DNA from: a bacterium
GTDB taxonomy: Bacteria > Electryoneota > JAOADG01
Length of the DNA: 64,000 nt
Assembly: GCA_963681965.1 (NCBI GenBank)
Contig: OY820579.1
Span: 2,880,001-2,944,000 of the forward strand
Direction: 5' to 3'
Position 1 is the stretch's first letter, and each line of letters starts with the position of its first letter. Position numbers and translations under genes: made by a program. Below the pieces are notes generated by a model that saw nothing but the letters and a program-made list of their open reading frames with translations, was not told the origin of the DNA and ran no database searches. Shown one piece after another: positions 40,511 to 49,491 of this stretch.

Positions 40511-40536
40511 GGGCGGACGTGGGAGTCTGCCCCTAC
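40511..40536 (-). repeat. GTAG-type REP-like palindrome
   Basis: GTAG-GGGCAGAC-TCCCAC-GTCCGCCC on the minus strand. Confidence 0.55.
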
Positions 40537-40676
40537 TACCGATGAAAACTTACTATCGAGAACCATTATAACATTCTCAATGTAAAACAGTTTCTGTCCT
40601 AAAAGCGAGACGATTCACAAGAAATATAAAGAAGTATTGAAGTCTCAGTACTGACTTGAGGGATTGATTTCGAATT

Positions 40677-40706
40677 AAAAAAAAAACGCACCGCAATCAC
40701 GGTGCG
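40677..40706 (-). terminator. Intrinsic terminator after tRNA-Leu
   Basis: CGCACCG-N6-CGGTGCG plus T10. Confidence 0.85.
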
Positions 40707-40720
40707 CTTAGTAAACTTAG

Positions 40721-40804
40721 TGCCGGAGACCGGACTTGAACCGGTATACCCTTTCGAGTGCCACCCCCTCAAGATGGTGTGTCTGCCAATTTCACCACTC
40801 CGGC
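40721..40804 (-). tRNA. tRNA-Leu(GAG)
   Basis: Full cloverleaf GCCGGAG...CCATC-TTGAGGG-GGTGG with a long variable arm, GGTTCAAGTCC and CTCCGGCA. CCA is not encoded. It sits directly after secG, a conserved arrangement. Confidence 0.96.
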
Positions 40805-40837
40805 GGAAAATCTCAGTTGCTAACGACGGTTAGCGAA

Positions 40838-41167
40838 TTAGCGGTTGTCAGGAACCTTGGGTAATTGATTACCTTGCGAAGAAGTCGGTTTCCGCTTCAA
40901 TTCTTCCTGAACCACAGAAGTTGGTTTATTCGCACCCGATGCGAACACCATGCCGAGACAAACGACAAAAAACAGCGCTGCCAATATCGTTGTCGCTTTG
41001 GAAAGGAAAGTTGCCGTACCGCGACCGCCAAACATGGTCTGCGCAGCACCACCGACGCCGCCGAACGCGCCCGATAAACCGCCACCCTTGGAAGATTGCA
41101 GCAGTACTACCACGATGAGTAGCGCGCAAACAATGACGTGCAGAACGATTAATATTGCGAAGAGCAT
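40838..41167 (-). CDS. secG: Preprotein translocase subunit SecG
   Basis: Two TM helices, [17 protein letters not shown] and FL.K.T.ILA.LF. Confidence 0.95.
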   Translation of the reverse strand: MLFAILIVLHVIVCALLIVVVLLQSSKGGGLSGAFGGVGGAAQTMFGGRGTATFLSKATTILAALFFVVCLGMVFASGANKPTSVVQEELKRKPTSSQGNQLPKVPDNR

Positions 41168-41258
41168 GTAAGTGAATCCTTTTCGTTTTCGAAGCCATAC
41201 AAAATATATGCTCGAACCCCATCAAGTCAAGCGCACCCTCCCAGCGTGGTCAGGCACA

Positions 41259-42032
41259 TCACATTGGTCTTACGGTTTTCCGCGCCAACCAGTTTGCTGC
41301 TAAAGCAAATAATATCAATAAAGTAATCCAACTTGCCGCCGGAGAAATCGCAATCGAGTCGCTACTACTGAGCGCTTGATGTGCCCACCCGAGTGGGTTG
41401 AATTTCGCCGCCCACTGTACCCAAACCGGTGAAACCGACAACGGGAGGAAGATTCCCGAGAGAAACAACATCGGAAGTTGGACAAAATTGAGTACCGGAA
41501 TGATTGCGTCTTCGTGTTGCCCGACAAATGTCAAAGCAAACGAGAGCGAGCTGAATGCCAACCCGATAAAAGTGATAACTACGAAAATGACTGCGAAGAA
41601 TTCGAACGTCATTGGTGGTCGCCACCCCATCACAACTGCGGTAATCATCACCACCGATACTTGCCACCAAATCGATACAATCAGTGCCACCGAATACCCC
41701 AGGACGATTGCAGTGCGCGAAATTGGCGAGACCAGTAATCGATTGATGAAACCAGAACGTAGCCGATCCAGCAGCGCCAAACCGCACCATGACGCCGAAA
41801 AGAAACTCCCCATCACCAATAATCCGGGAACAAAAAAGTCAAGATAGGTTCTTGTTCCGAGAAACGACTTCGTCACTTGGTCGGTATATAGTTGAGTATA
41901 GAGGATCAACCACATGATCGGTTCGATCACTTCCATCGCTACCCATACTTTCACGCGAAGCTGTGCCCGTAGACGATCGGCGGCTACTGCCCAGACATCG
42001 TGAAAAAATCGACCGATCGCTATAGTACTCAT
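41259..42032 (-). CDS. ABC-2 type transporter permease
   Basis: YLDFFVPG, LVSPISR, FLSGIF.P and NPL motifs; about six TM helices. Confidence 0.88.
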   Translation of the reverse strand: MSTIAIGRFFHDVWAVAADRLRAQLRVKVWVAMEVIEPIMWLILYTQLYTDQVTKSFLGTRTYLDFFVPGLLVMGSFFSASWCGLALLDRLRSGFINRLLVSPISRTAIVLGYSVALIVSIWWQVSVVMITAVVMGWRPPMTFEFFAVIFVVITFIGLAFSSLSFALTFVGQHEDAIIPVLNFVQLPMLFLSGIFLPLSVSPVWVQWAAKFNPLGWAHQALSSSDSIAISPAASWITLLILFALAANWLARKTVRPM

Positions 42033-42808
42033 TCTTCGTGTTCCTCCGCTAGCGACACTCCGGTATGATGGAGGAAAACATCATCTAAGGTCGGCTCGCG
42101 ATCGATCGATCCTTCCAGACTCTTTTTCAATTCGGTTGGTGTTCCTTCGGATACTAACTTGCCTTGATGGATGATGCCAACCCGATTGCAAATTCGATCC
42201 GCCTCTTCCAAGTAATGAGTCGTTAGTAGAATTGTCATACCACGCGCCTTCACGACCGCCATCAAATGTTGCCACAAATTGCGTCGGAACGGTACATCCA
42301 GTCCAAGTGTCGGTTCATCGAGGAACAACAATTCGGGTCGGTGGAGTAATGCAACTGCAACATCGACTTTTCGTCTCATCCCGCCGGACAGATCCTTCAC
42401 CCGGCGATTCAAAAACGACTCTACATCGAACACTTTCGCCAACTCGATCACCTCATCGTGAATAAAAGGGCGAGTGTGCGGGTAAAGGCTTCCGAACAAT
42501 TGAAAATTTTCTAGTACCGTTGCATATTCATTTAACGACACCGATTGCGCCACGAGTCCAATTTTTGGTCGCAACAATTTTCCTTGAGTAATGGGATTGA
42601 GTCCCAGCACTTCAAGTGTTCCACTAGTGGGTGTTAAGAGTGTTGTTAGAATTCGAACGGCAGTCGATTTTCCAGCGCCATTCAATCCAAGAAGTCCGTA
42701 GATTTCACCGGGTCGGACAGTAAACGAAAGATCGTCCAACGCCGTAACGGCAGGATTACCGCCGCGTTTGGGGTATATTTTACGTAAATTATCTACTCGA
42801 ATTGTCAT
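42029..42808 (-). CDS. ABC transporter ATP-binding protein (DrrA-like)
   Basis: GLNGAGKS, LSGGM, LDEPT.GLD, TTHYLEEA and PTLDDVF motifs. Confidence 0.92.
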   Translation of the reverse strand: MTIRVDNLRKIYPKRGGNPAVTALDDLSFTVRPGEIYGLLGLNGAGKSTAVRILTTLLTPTSGTLEVLGLNPITQGKLLRPKIGLVAQSVSLNEYATVLENFQLFGSLYPHTRPFIHDEVIELAKVFDVESFLNRRVKDLSGGMRRKVDVAVALLHRPELLFLDEPTLGLDVPFRRNLWQHLMAVVKARGMTILLTTHYLEEADRICNRVGIIHQGKLVSEGTPTELKKSLEGSIDREPTLDDVFLHHTGVSLAEEHEE

Positions 42809-42881
42809 ATGAATAAAATAGTCCGTCGAGAAGCCGATTCAAAAAAGTCGGTATGTGGAGGAATATCCAACTCAGAGAATA

Positions 42882-43397
42882 TTAACGACCTCGCTCCAAA
42901 GCCAAAACAAAAGCGGTCGAGAGTTTCATAATATTGCGGTTGGCGTCGGCTAATCGCTTCGATAAAATTCCACCGAAATTGTAGAACAATTTAAATCCGA
43001 ATGCGGGATTTGCATCGCAATAGTGTAACAGATCGTTGCGATTGATCAAACCCATTGTTACCGCGGAAGTGGCACGAACTGTCGCAGTACGTCGCCCGTC
43101 ACCAAATAACGATGTTTCACCGACGGCGATGTGTTGATCGGCGCGAAGTCGAGCCAACGATTTATTGCGTTCGTCGTCGGCACTCTTATTTTCTGAAAGC
43201 ATAAGTCGTTGGGTAATTTCGATCTCACCAGCTAACAAAATAAAAATATCGGTACCTAATTCATCTTCGGCAATAATTATATCTCCTGCGGAATACTCTT
43301 TTACGACAATTATTGAGCGCAACATTTCAAGATCTTTGGTCGACACTGCGTGAAAGAGCGTAAATTTCGAAAGAAAATCGAGATTTATCGTCAACAT
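42882..43397 (-). CDS. Stand-alone cyclic nucleotide-binding domain protein
   Basis: GE.SL....RTATVRA phosphate-binding cassette; no C-terminal HTH. Confidence 0.82.
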   Translation of the reverse strand: MLTINLDFLSKFTLFHAVSTKDLEMLRSIIVVKEYSAGDIIIAEDELGTDIFILLAGEIEITQRLMLSENKSADDERNKSLARLRADQHIAVGETSLFGDGRRTATVRATSAVTMGLINRNDLLHYCDANPAFGFKLFYNFGGILSKRLADANRNIMKLSTAFVLALERGR

Positions 43398-43400
43398 CTT

Positions 43401-44642
43401 TTATGCTCCTTTACTGGATCGACCGGGTAGGGCAACTGCAATATCATGTTGCCGCAAGACCGTATCATCGGCGGGATTGAGCCGAACTTGTTCTTGTTCT
43501 AATTCGGTCGGAGTGAGTCCCGCTTCGATAAATTTACGCCGAATGAACTCGTCGATCGAAGCCGAATCGTGCGATAAAATATCGACTGCCGAGAGAATCG
43601 ACGTTTCCTGAATGAGTCCAACAATCATCCCACCAGTATTTCGACGATAGTCGGCAGAAAATTCGCCGAATGTTTTCCCAAACCAACTGGATGAAATCGG
43701 AACCCTGATAAACGAATGCTTGTTATTAGGATTTAATAGTTCATCGTAGACACGCGGAATACCCGGGCTAAGCGTATGAGCAGCCAGAAGAAATCCGGCG
43801 TAAGGTGCGACATTGACAACTTCGTCGACGCCGGCTCGTTTCAAATGATAGATATTTTTTTCTTCCGAAACTTGCGCGTAGATCGTTGCATTCTTATTCA
43901 ACGCGCGGGCAGCTAGTGCCACCATGATTTGACGATCGTCACCCTGTTCATCGCGAGCTAATAGTACGATCGTCGCAGCTTCGGCAACATTGGCACGCTT
44001 CAGGGTCTCTTCCTGGGTATCGTCGCCATGAACAAACGTCATTTTCAAACCGGGATGACGAGCAGTCAGATCTTGCACATCATCGGGATTCAATTGATTG
44101 ATTAATACTACGCGGATTTTTCGATCGGTTGTAAGTTCCAGAGTATTCAACAATTTCTCGGCGATCGAGTTCCAACCACAAATCAGGATATGATCCGTCC
44201 AGAGCACTTTCCTCAACCCCCTTCCTTCCCGTAATCGAAGGACGATGAACACCGACGAAATAGTCGCCGAAAAGACTGCAACTAACGCAATACCACCGAA
44301 CATCAACAATACACCGGCGCCTCGACCCAACCAGGTTTTGGGTACGACATCGCCGTAACCAGTAGTCGTCATCGTTACTACTGCCCACCACAACGCTTCC
44401 GGTAAATCGTGGATTAACGAGCCCGATTCCAACCGTTCAAAGGTTAAGCCTATCCAAGCACCGATAAACGCAAACACAAACATCGCAAACGCGACAACAA
44501 GGATACCATTTCGGTATAATTGATGCCACAATTCGTACAATCGCAACCAATTTGCAAGCGACACTTCGCGGATCCACCGATCAATCCGTTTTCTTCGCAA
44601 TAACCTTGCTTGCGATGTCGATTTATTTTTGTTATTTGCCAT
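43401..44642 (-). CDS. Potassium channel with RCK (TrkA-N) domain, MthK-like
   Basis: TMTTTGYGD selectivity filter between two TM helices, followed by HILICGW and GD....L.RAN RCK motifs. Confidence 0.9.
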   Translation of the reverse strand: MANNKNKSTSQARLLRRKRIDRWIREVSLANWLRLYELWHQLYRNGILVVAFAMFVFAFIGAWIGLTFERLESGSLIHDLPEALWWAVVTMTTTGYGDVVPKTWLGRGAGVLLMFGGIALVAVFSATISSVFIVLRLREGRGLRKVLWTDHILICGWNSIAEKLLNTLELTTDRKIRVVLINQLNPDDVQDLTARHPGLKMTFVHGDDTQEETLKRANVAEAATIVLLARDEQGDDRQIMVALAARALNKNATIYAQVSEEKNIYHLKRAGVDEVVNVAPYAGFLLAAHTLSPGIPRVYDELLNPNNKHSFIRVPISSSWFGKTFGEFSADYRRNTGGMIVGLIQETSILSAVDILSHDSASIDEFIRRKFIEAGLTPTELEQEQVRLNPADDTVLRQHDIAVALPGRSSKGA

Positions 44643-44661
44643 TATGTATTAAGTATCGTAT

Positions 44662-45030
44662 CTATTCAACTACTTCTTCATCCAATTCTTGCCATGCTGG
44701 ATCGACAACACAATAAAATTGTATCGTCGCATCTCCGCAATTATGCAATGACTGCCATGCGCCTGGTGGGATGTACACAACATCGCCAGTGGTGACATAC
44801 TGTTCTTCATCGTCAATCGTCATCAATCCACTACCGGAAACGATGCAATATATTTCTGCGGAATGGCGCAGTCGATGTTTCTTCGTTACACACCCGGGTT
44901 CGATCTTGGCAAACGCAATGCTTGCTTTCATCGCAAGCGATTCATCGCGCTGCGGGTGTAACAACTCGGTTAATACCGAGTAGTCACCTGCTCGGAAATA
45001 GTCATTGTGTTCGATCGAAACGACTTTCAT
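44662..45030 (-). CDS. Cupin domain protein
   Basis: H....EIY.IVSG.G and GD.VYIPPG motifs. Confidence 0.85.
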   Translation of the reverse strand: MKVVSIEHNDYFRAGDYSVLTELLHPQRDESLAMKASIAFAKIEPGCVTKKHRLRHSAEIYCIVSGSGLMTIDDEEQYVTTGDVVYIPPGAWQSLHNCGDATIQFYCVVDPAWQELDEEVVE

Positions 45031-45872
45031 TTTGCTTTGACTTTGGCTACCGTGTTCGAACCAAAATTAATCTGAGTTGTAAATCCGTACTCCCAATGAT
45101 CCAGCATTTCATAAGTCGGTGGTCGCTTACCCACTACATACCGAACGAATGCGATTGGTTCGATACCGATCGGGAGTGAACCAGTCTGCATCGGCAACCG
45201 GTATGTGGCACCAGAAGTCAACAATGCATAGGGTTGAATGTCTTTTGCCCAATGCCCTTCACCAGTGGTAACCCAGCTAGTACCGCCTGCCATTGGAACT
45301 GTCCAATCAAGACCGGCATCGGCACGAATCGTCGATGAATCGATCGGTGGCAATTGTCGAATTAACGAGATCGCAGCACTCAATTTTGCCGGAGTAGCTG
45401 TCTTCGATACCGCATACATAAAATCGGTGAATGGAATTTGATGGTCTACGCCAAAGCTATATGTGTAGTTTTGCGCGTGATATTTTTTCAAAGTATCCAT
45501 TCGACTTTCAACACCCGTCTTAAGGAAGATCGATCCGACATATGTTCCTTGAAACATCGATGCTGGTACTGGAAGAGTCATTCCCCAATTCATTCCTAAA
45601 CCTACTGTTCCATTGAGGTGGGAAGCGGGATGATAATCGAAAGCATGGACAACATCGGCGGAAATTCGAATATCGTACCGGCGCACTGAAGCGAACCCGA
45701 CCGATCGACCGAAATTCAATAGCCGAGTTTCCGGTAATTGTAGCGCAACAGCCATCACATTCGGGTTACTCAGCATCATCAGTTCCAAATGCGGGACTTG
45801 AGCATAAGCATAGGTTGGTAAAATTGTCGTAATTGCGATCAATAACATTCCGATTAACAACAACCGCTTCAT
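45027..45872 (-). CDS. Hypothetical exported protein
   Basis: Signal peptide ending AYA, GGAG RBS and an ATGA overlap with the cupin gene; beta-rich. Confidence 0.7.
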   Translation of the reverse strand: MKRLLLIGMLLIAITTILPTYAYAQVPHLELMMLSNPNVMAVALQLPETRLLNFGRSVGFASVRRYDIRISADVVHAFDYHPASHLNGTVGLGMNWGMTLPVPASMFQGTYVGSIFLKTGVESRMDTLKKYHAQNYTYSFGVDHQIPFTDFMYAVSKTATPAKLSAAISLIRQLPPIDSSTIRADAGLDWTVPMAGGTSWVTTGEGHWAKDIQPYALLTSGATYRLPMQTGSLPIGIEPIAFVRYVVGKRPPTYEMLDHWEYGFTTQINFGSNTVAKVKAK

Positions 45873-45890
45873 TATATCTCCTTAATGATT

Positions 45891-47558
45891 TTAACGTAAC
45901 GTGCGATAAAGGCTTCGGCGTGGACGATCGTATACAGCGCCCACTTCTTTGCGTCTAGTGGCTTCATAGGCTGCGTAGTTCCCTTCGAACCATCGTACTT
46001 TTCCCAACCCTTCGAATGCTAAAATATGGGTACAGATGCGGTCGAGAAAAAATCGATCGTGACTGATCACCATCGCACAGCCATTGAAATCCAGTAACGC
46101 ATTTTCCAATAATCGAAGTGTCGCGATGTCCAGATCATTGGTCGGTTCATCTAATAACAAGAAATTGCCACCGCGTCGAAGCAGTTTTGCCAAGTGCACC
46201 CGGTTGCGTTCGCCGCCAGACAACTTGCCAACCAATTTCTGTTGATCCCGTCCTTTAAAACCGAACCGACCCACATAACTTCTGGCGTTCACTTCGATCG
46301 ATCCAAACATCAATCGGTCGTTATTATCTGCGATTTCTTCGAAAACCGTCTTTTCCGCTTTCAATGCATCGCGCATTTGATCGACATAAGCAATCTGAAC
46401 TGTTTCTCCGAGACGGATCTTGCCTTGGTCAGGTTGTTCCAATCCTGTGATCATTCTGAATAGCGTCGTTTTGCCGACACCATTCGGACCGATCACGCCG
46501 ACAATCGCGCCTCGTGGAAGATTGAGATCGAAGTTATCGATCAGTACCCGATCCCCATACCCTTTTGTGACTTTATCCAATTCCAGTACGACGTTGCCAA
46601 GATGGGGTCCCGGTGCAATCTGGAGGTCATTTGCGGAATCCCGGTACTCAAACGCTTCTTGCGACCGTTTCTCATATTCGAGAACGTGATTCATATTCCA
46701 TTTGCTGCGATCGATCGTCGAAAGCTTGATCCAGGATTGTTCCCGCTTTAACAGCGCTAATTTAGCCGATGATTTTCCATCCTTCGACATTAATTCGATT
46801 TTCTGATCCAGCCATTGGGAATAATTCCCTTCCCACGGGATGCCGTGCGCATTTTCCAGTTCAAGGATCCATGCGGTGATATTATCCAGAAAATAGCGAT
46901 CGTGGGTAATAATTATGACAGTTCCGGCAAATTCGCGGAGTTGTTTCTCAAGCCATGCCACGGTTTCGGCATCCAAATGGTTCGTTGGCTCGTCGAGTAG
47001 CAGCATGTCTGGCTGATCAAGCAGTACTTTACACAATGCGACACGACGCCGTTCACCGCCAGATAATTGTCCGAAGGTCAAATTATAATCAGGAATTACT
47101 AAAGCATCTGCTGCTTTTTCAATGTGTTGATCCAAATTCCAGCCATCTACTGCATCGATTGCATCTTGTAATTCAGACATCTTATTCAACGCTTTTTCCA
47201 TCTCATCGGGGTCCATACTCCCCATCGCTTCCGTAATGGCGTTGTAGTCGTCTAGTAACTTTTTGGTTTGTGCGAATGATTCTTCGATTAACTGTTTTAC
47301 GGTCTTTTCAGGATCTAATTGTGGTTCTTGCGGGACATATCCGACTCGAACTCCCTTCAGTGGCGCCGAATGTCCCAAGAAATTGTCGTCTTGACCCGCC
47401 ATAATCCTTAAAAGAGTTGTCTTACCTGATCCGTTGTCACCCACAACACCGATTTTTGCTCCGGCAAAAAACGCTAAATTGATATTGTCTAGAATTTTAT
47501 CAGTACCGTAAAATTTTTCAAGTCGGTACATTTCATAGACATACGGCGGCATTATCAC
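45891..47558 (-). CDS. ettA: Energy-dependent translational throttle protein EttA (ABC-F)
   Basis: Two ABC cassettes; GAKIGVVG.NG.GK, LSGGERRRVALC, PWEGNYS.WL.QK and LSGGERNRVHLAK. Confidence 0.9.
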   Translation of the reverse strand: MIMPPYVYEMYRLEKFYGTDKILDNINLAFFAGAKIGVVGDNGSGKTTLLRIMAGQDDNFLGHSAPLKGVRVGYVPQEPQLDPEKTVKQLIEESFAQTKKLLDDYNAITEAMGSMDPDEMEKALNKMSELQDAIDAVDGWNLDQHIEKAADALVIPDYNLTFGQLSGGERRRVALCKVLLDQPDMLLLDEPTNHLDAETVAWLEKQLREFAGTVIIITHDRYFLDNITAWILELENAHGIPWEGNYSQWLDQKIELMSKDGKSSAKLALLKREQSWIKLSTIDRSKWNMNHVLEYEKRSQEAFEYRDSANDLQIAPGPHLGNVVLELDKVTKGYGDRVLIDNFDLNLPRGAIVGVIGPNGVGKTTLFRMITGLEQPDQGKIRLGETVQIAYVDQMRDALKAEKTVFEEIADNNDRLMFGSIEVNARSYVGRFGFKGRDQQKLVGKLSGGERNRVHLAKLLRRGGNFLLLDEPTNDLDIATLRLLENALLDFNGCAMVISHDRFFLDRICTHILAFEGLGKVRWFEGNYAAYEATRRKEVGAVYDRPRRSLYRTLR

Positions 47559-47605
47559 TCCTTGGGTCTTCGAACACCGGAAATATAAGAACTTCTATCG
47601 AAAAC

Positions 47606-48451
47606 ATGAAGCCCTTGAGCCTTGTCTCGGAATCTTCTATCTTTTCCTGTCCTAGGAGAATACTTGTGAAAATTATCCATGAACCGGTTGTACGCGTTAT
47701 CGCTACGAGTAACTTATCCAGCGAAGGTCTTGACGATTTCTTAACCCTCGAAGCCGGCGAGTGGCAAACAGACGCTACTACCGATTGTGAAAAGTTACCG
47801 GAAATCGCTGGAAGAATCTGTTATATGTCTTTTGGTGCAAAGCAGGGTCGGAAATCGAATCAATCCTACCTTGACAATATTTTGACAAGCGCACACGGAT
47901 CGGTACTGGAACATGCCAATGTCACATTTCTCCTAAGCGGTATCTCCCGATCGTTAACTCACGAACTGGTCCGACATCGGGCGGGTTTTGCCTATTCGCA
48001 GCTTTCGCAACGCTATGTCGATGAATCGGAAACTGACTTCGTAATCCCCGATGCCATTGCAAACGATGCTGAATTGACAAATCTGTTTCAAGAGGCAATC
48101 GAACAGGCACACCAAGCTTATTTGAAGTTAGCGGATCGCTTATCGATTCTCGTCGAAAAAGATTTACCGGAATTATCGAAAACGGATCGACGGAAAATTG
48201 CTCGCCAAGCGGCAAGAAGCGTTCTTCCGAATGCCACCGAAACAAAAATCGTAGTCACTGCGAATTTGCGATCGTGGCGACATTTTGTCGAGTTACGTGG
48301 TTCACCACATGCAGAACCCGAAATTCGAAAGTTAGCAATCAAAGTCCTCGAACACTTACAAATAATTGCCCCCAATGTCTTTCGGGATTATTCGGTCGTG
48401 CCTTGCGAAAATGGTGGTTTTGCCGTAACAGTAATTCATCGCAAGGTTTGA
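47606..48451 (+). CDS. thyX: FAD-dependent thymidylate synthase (likely start GTG at 47666)
   Basis: H.SVLEH, RHR..FAYSQLSQRY, AR.VLP and N.RSW.HF..LR motifs; AGGAG RBS before 47666. Confidence 0.95.
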   Translation: MKPLSLVSESSIFSCPRRILVKIIHEPVVRVIATSNLSSEGLDDFLTLEAGEWQTDATTDCEKLPEIAGRICYMSFGAKQGRKSNQSYLDNILTSAHGSVLEHANVTFLLSGISRSLTHELVRHRAGFAYSQLSQRYVDESETDFVIPDAIANDAELTNLFQEAIEQAHQAYLKLADRLSILVEKDLPELSKTDRRKIARQAARSVLPNATETKIVVTANLRSWRHFVELRGSPHAEPEIRKLAIKVLEHLQIIAPNVFRDYSVVPCENGGFAVTVIHRKV

Positions 48452-48452
48452 T

Positions 48453-49406
48453 GTGTCCATCACTGATATTGATTTCGAAACCGCTGTTACTGAACTTCAA
48501 AAAGGGGGATTAGTCGCATTTCCAACCGAGACTGTCTACGGTCTTGGTGCCGATGCCTTCAATCCTGTTGCGGTCGCAAAGATTTTTGAAGCCAAAAATC
48601 GACCACATTTCGACCCGCTAATCGTTCACGTATTTAATCTAGAGATGGCACGATCAGTTGCTTCCGAATTTCCGCCGCTCGCGGAACAATTGGTCAAGAA
48701 ATTCTGGCCCGGACCGTTAACAGTTATTTTGCCGAAACGCGAATTAATTCCCGATATCGTAACTTCAGGTCTATCTACGGTTGGAATCAGAGTCCCGGCA
48801 CATCCCATTGCACTGGAGTTGATAAAGAGATTCGGGCGACCAATCGCAGCACCTTCAGCGAATCCGTTTGGTTCGATTTCACCAACAACCGCCGATCATG
48901 TTCGCACACATTTCGGCGATCGGTTTCCAATCCTTGATGGTGATGCCACTACAGTAGGCATAGAGTCGACAATTATCGATTTCAGTGAAGGTCAACCGGC
49001 GCTGTTACGTCCGGGTGGTTTAAGTTTAGAAAAGATCATTGCAGAAATTGGTAGAGTTAACATTCAAGAACGATCCGATGCACTTCCGAAAGCACCAGGG
49101 CAGCTATCGCGACACTACGCTCCAAAAATTCCACTGATTATATTTCCCTTCGGAACTCTACCGACACCAGTTTCCGGGAAAAAATGTGCGTGCCTCCTCC
49201 CTGCTCCCATGCTAGTATCAGGATTTGAGTACACCGAAGTACTTTCTCAATCCAATGATCTAACTGAAATCGCTGTTAATCTATTCGCTGCACTTCGACG
49301 TCTCGAAAACCTGTCAGTCGACCTCATTGTAGCAGTAGAAACAACTTCTTGCGGTTTAGGACTAGCTATCAACGATCGATTGCGCCGAGCTGCCAGTCCA
49401 AATTGA
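48453..49406 (+). CDS. sua5: L-threonylcarbamoyladenylate synthase (Sua5 type)
   Basis: FPTETVYGLG, K.RP..PLIVH, APSAN and PG....HYAP plus a C-terminal SUA5 domain. Confidence 0.93.
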   Translation: MSITDIDFETAVTELQKGGLVAFPTETVYGLGADAFNPVAVAKIFEAKNRPHFDPLIVHVFNLEMARSVASEFPPLAEQLVKKFWPGPLTVILPKRELIPDIVTSGLSTVGIRVPAHPIALELIKRFGRPIAAPSANPFGSISPTTADHVRTHFGDRFPILDGDATTVGIESTIIDFSEGQPALLRPGGLSLEKIIAEIGRVNIQERSDALPKAPGQLSRHYAPKIPLIIFPFGTLPTPVSGKKCACLLPAPMLVSGFEYTEVLSQSNDLTEIAVNLFAALRRLENLSVDLIVAVETTSCGLGLAINDRLRRAASPN

Positions 49407-49442
49407 TCATTAACTTGAGTTACTTGTTTGATTAATCACACA

Positions 49443-49470
49443 AACAGCCGTAACTAATGTTACGGCTGTT
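49443..49470. terminator. Bidirectional terminator
   Basis: AACAGCCGTAAC-TAAT-GTTACGGCTGTT between convergent genes. Confidence 0.8.
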
Positions 49471-49491
49471 ATTGTACCAATTCAGAACAGA

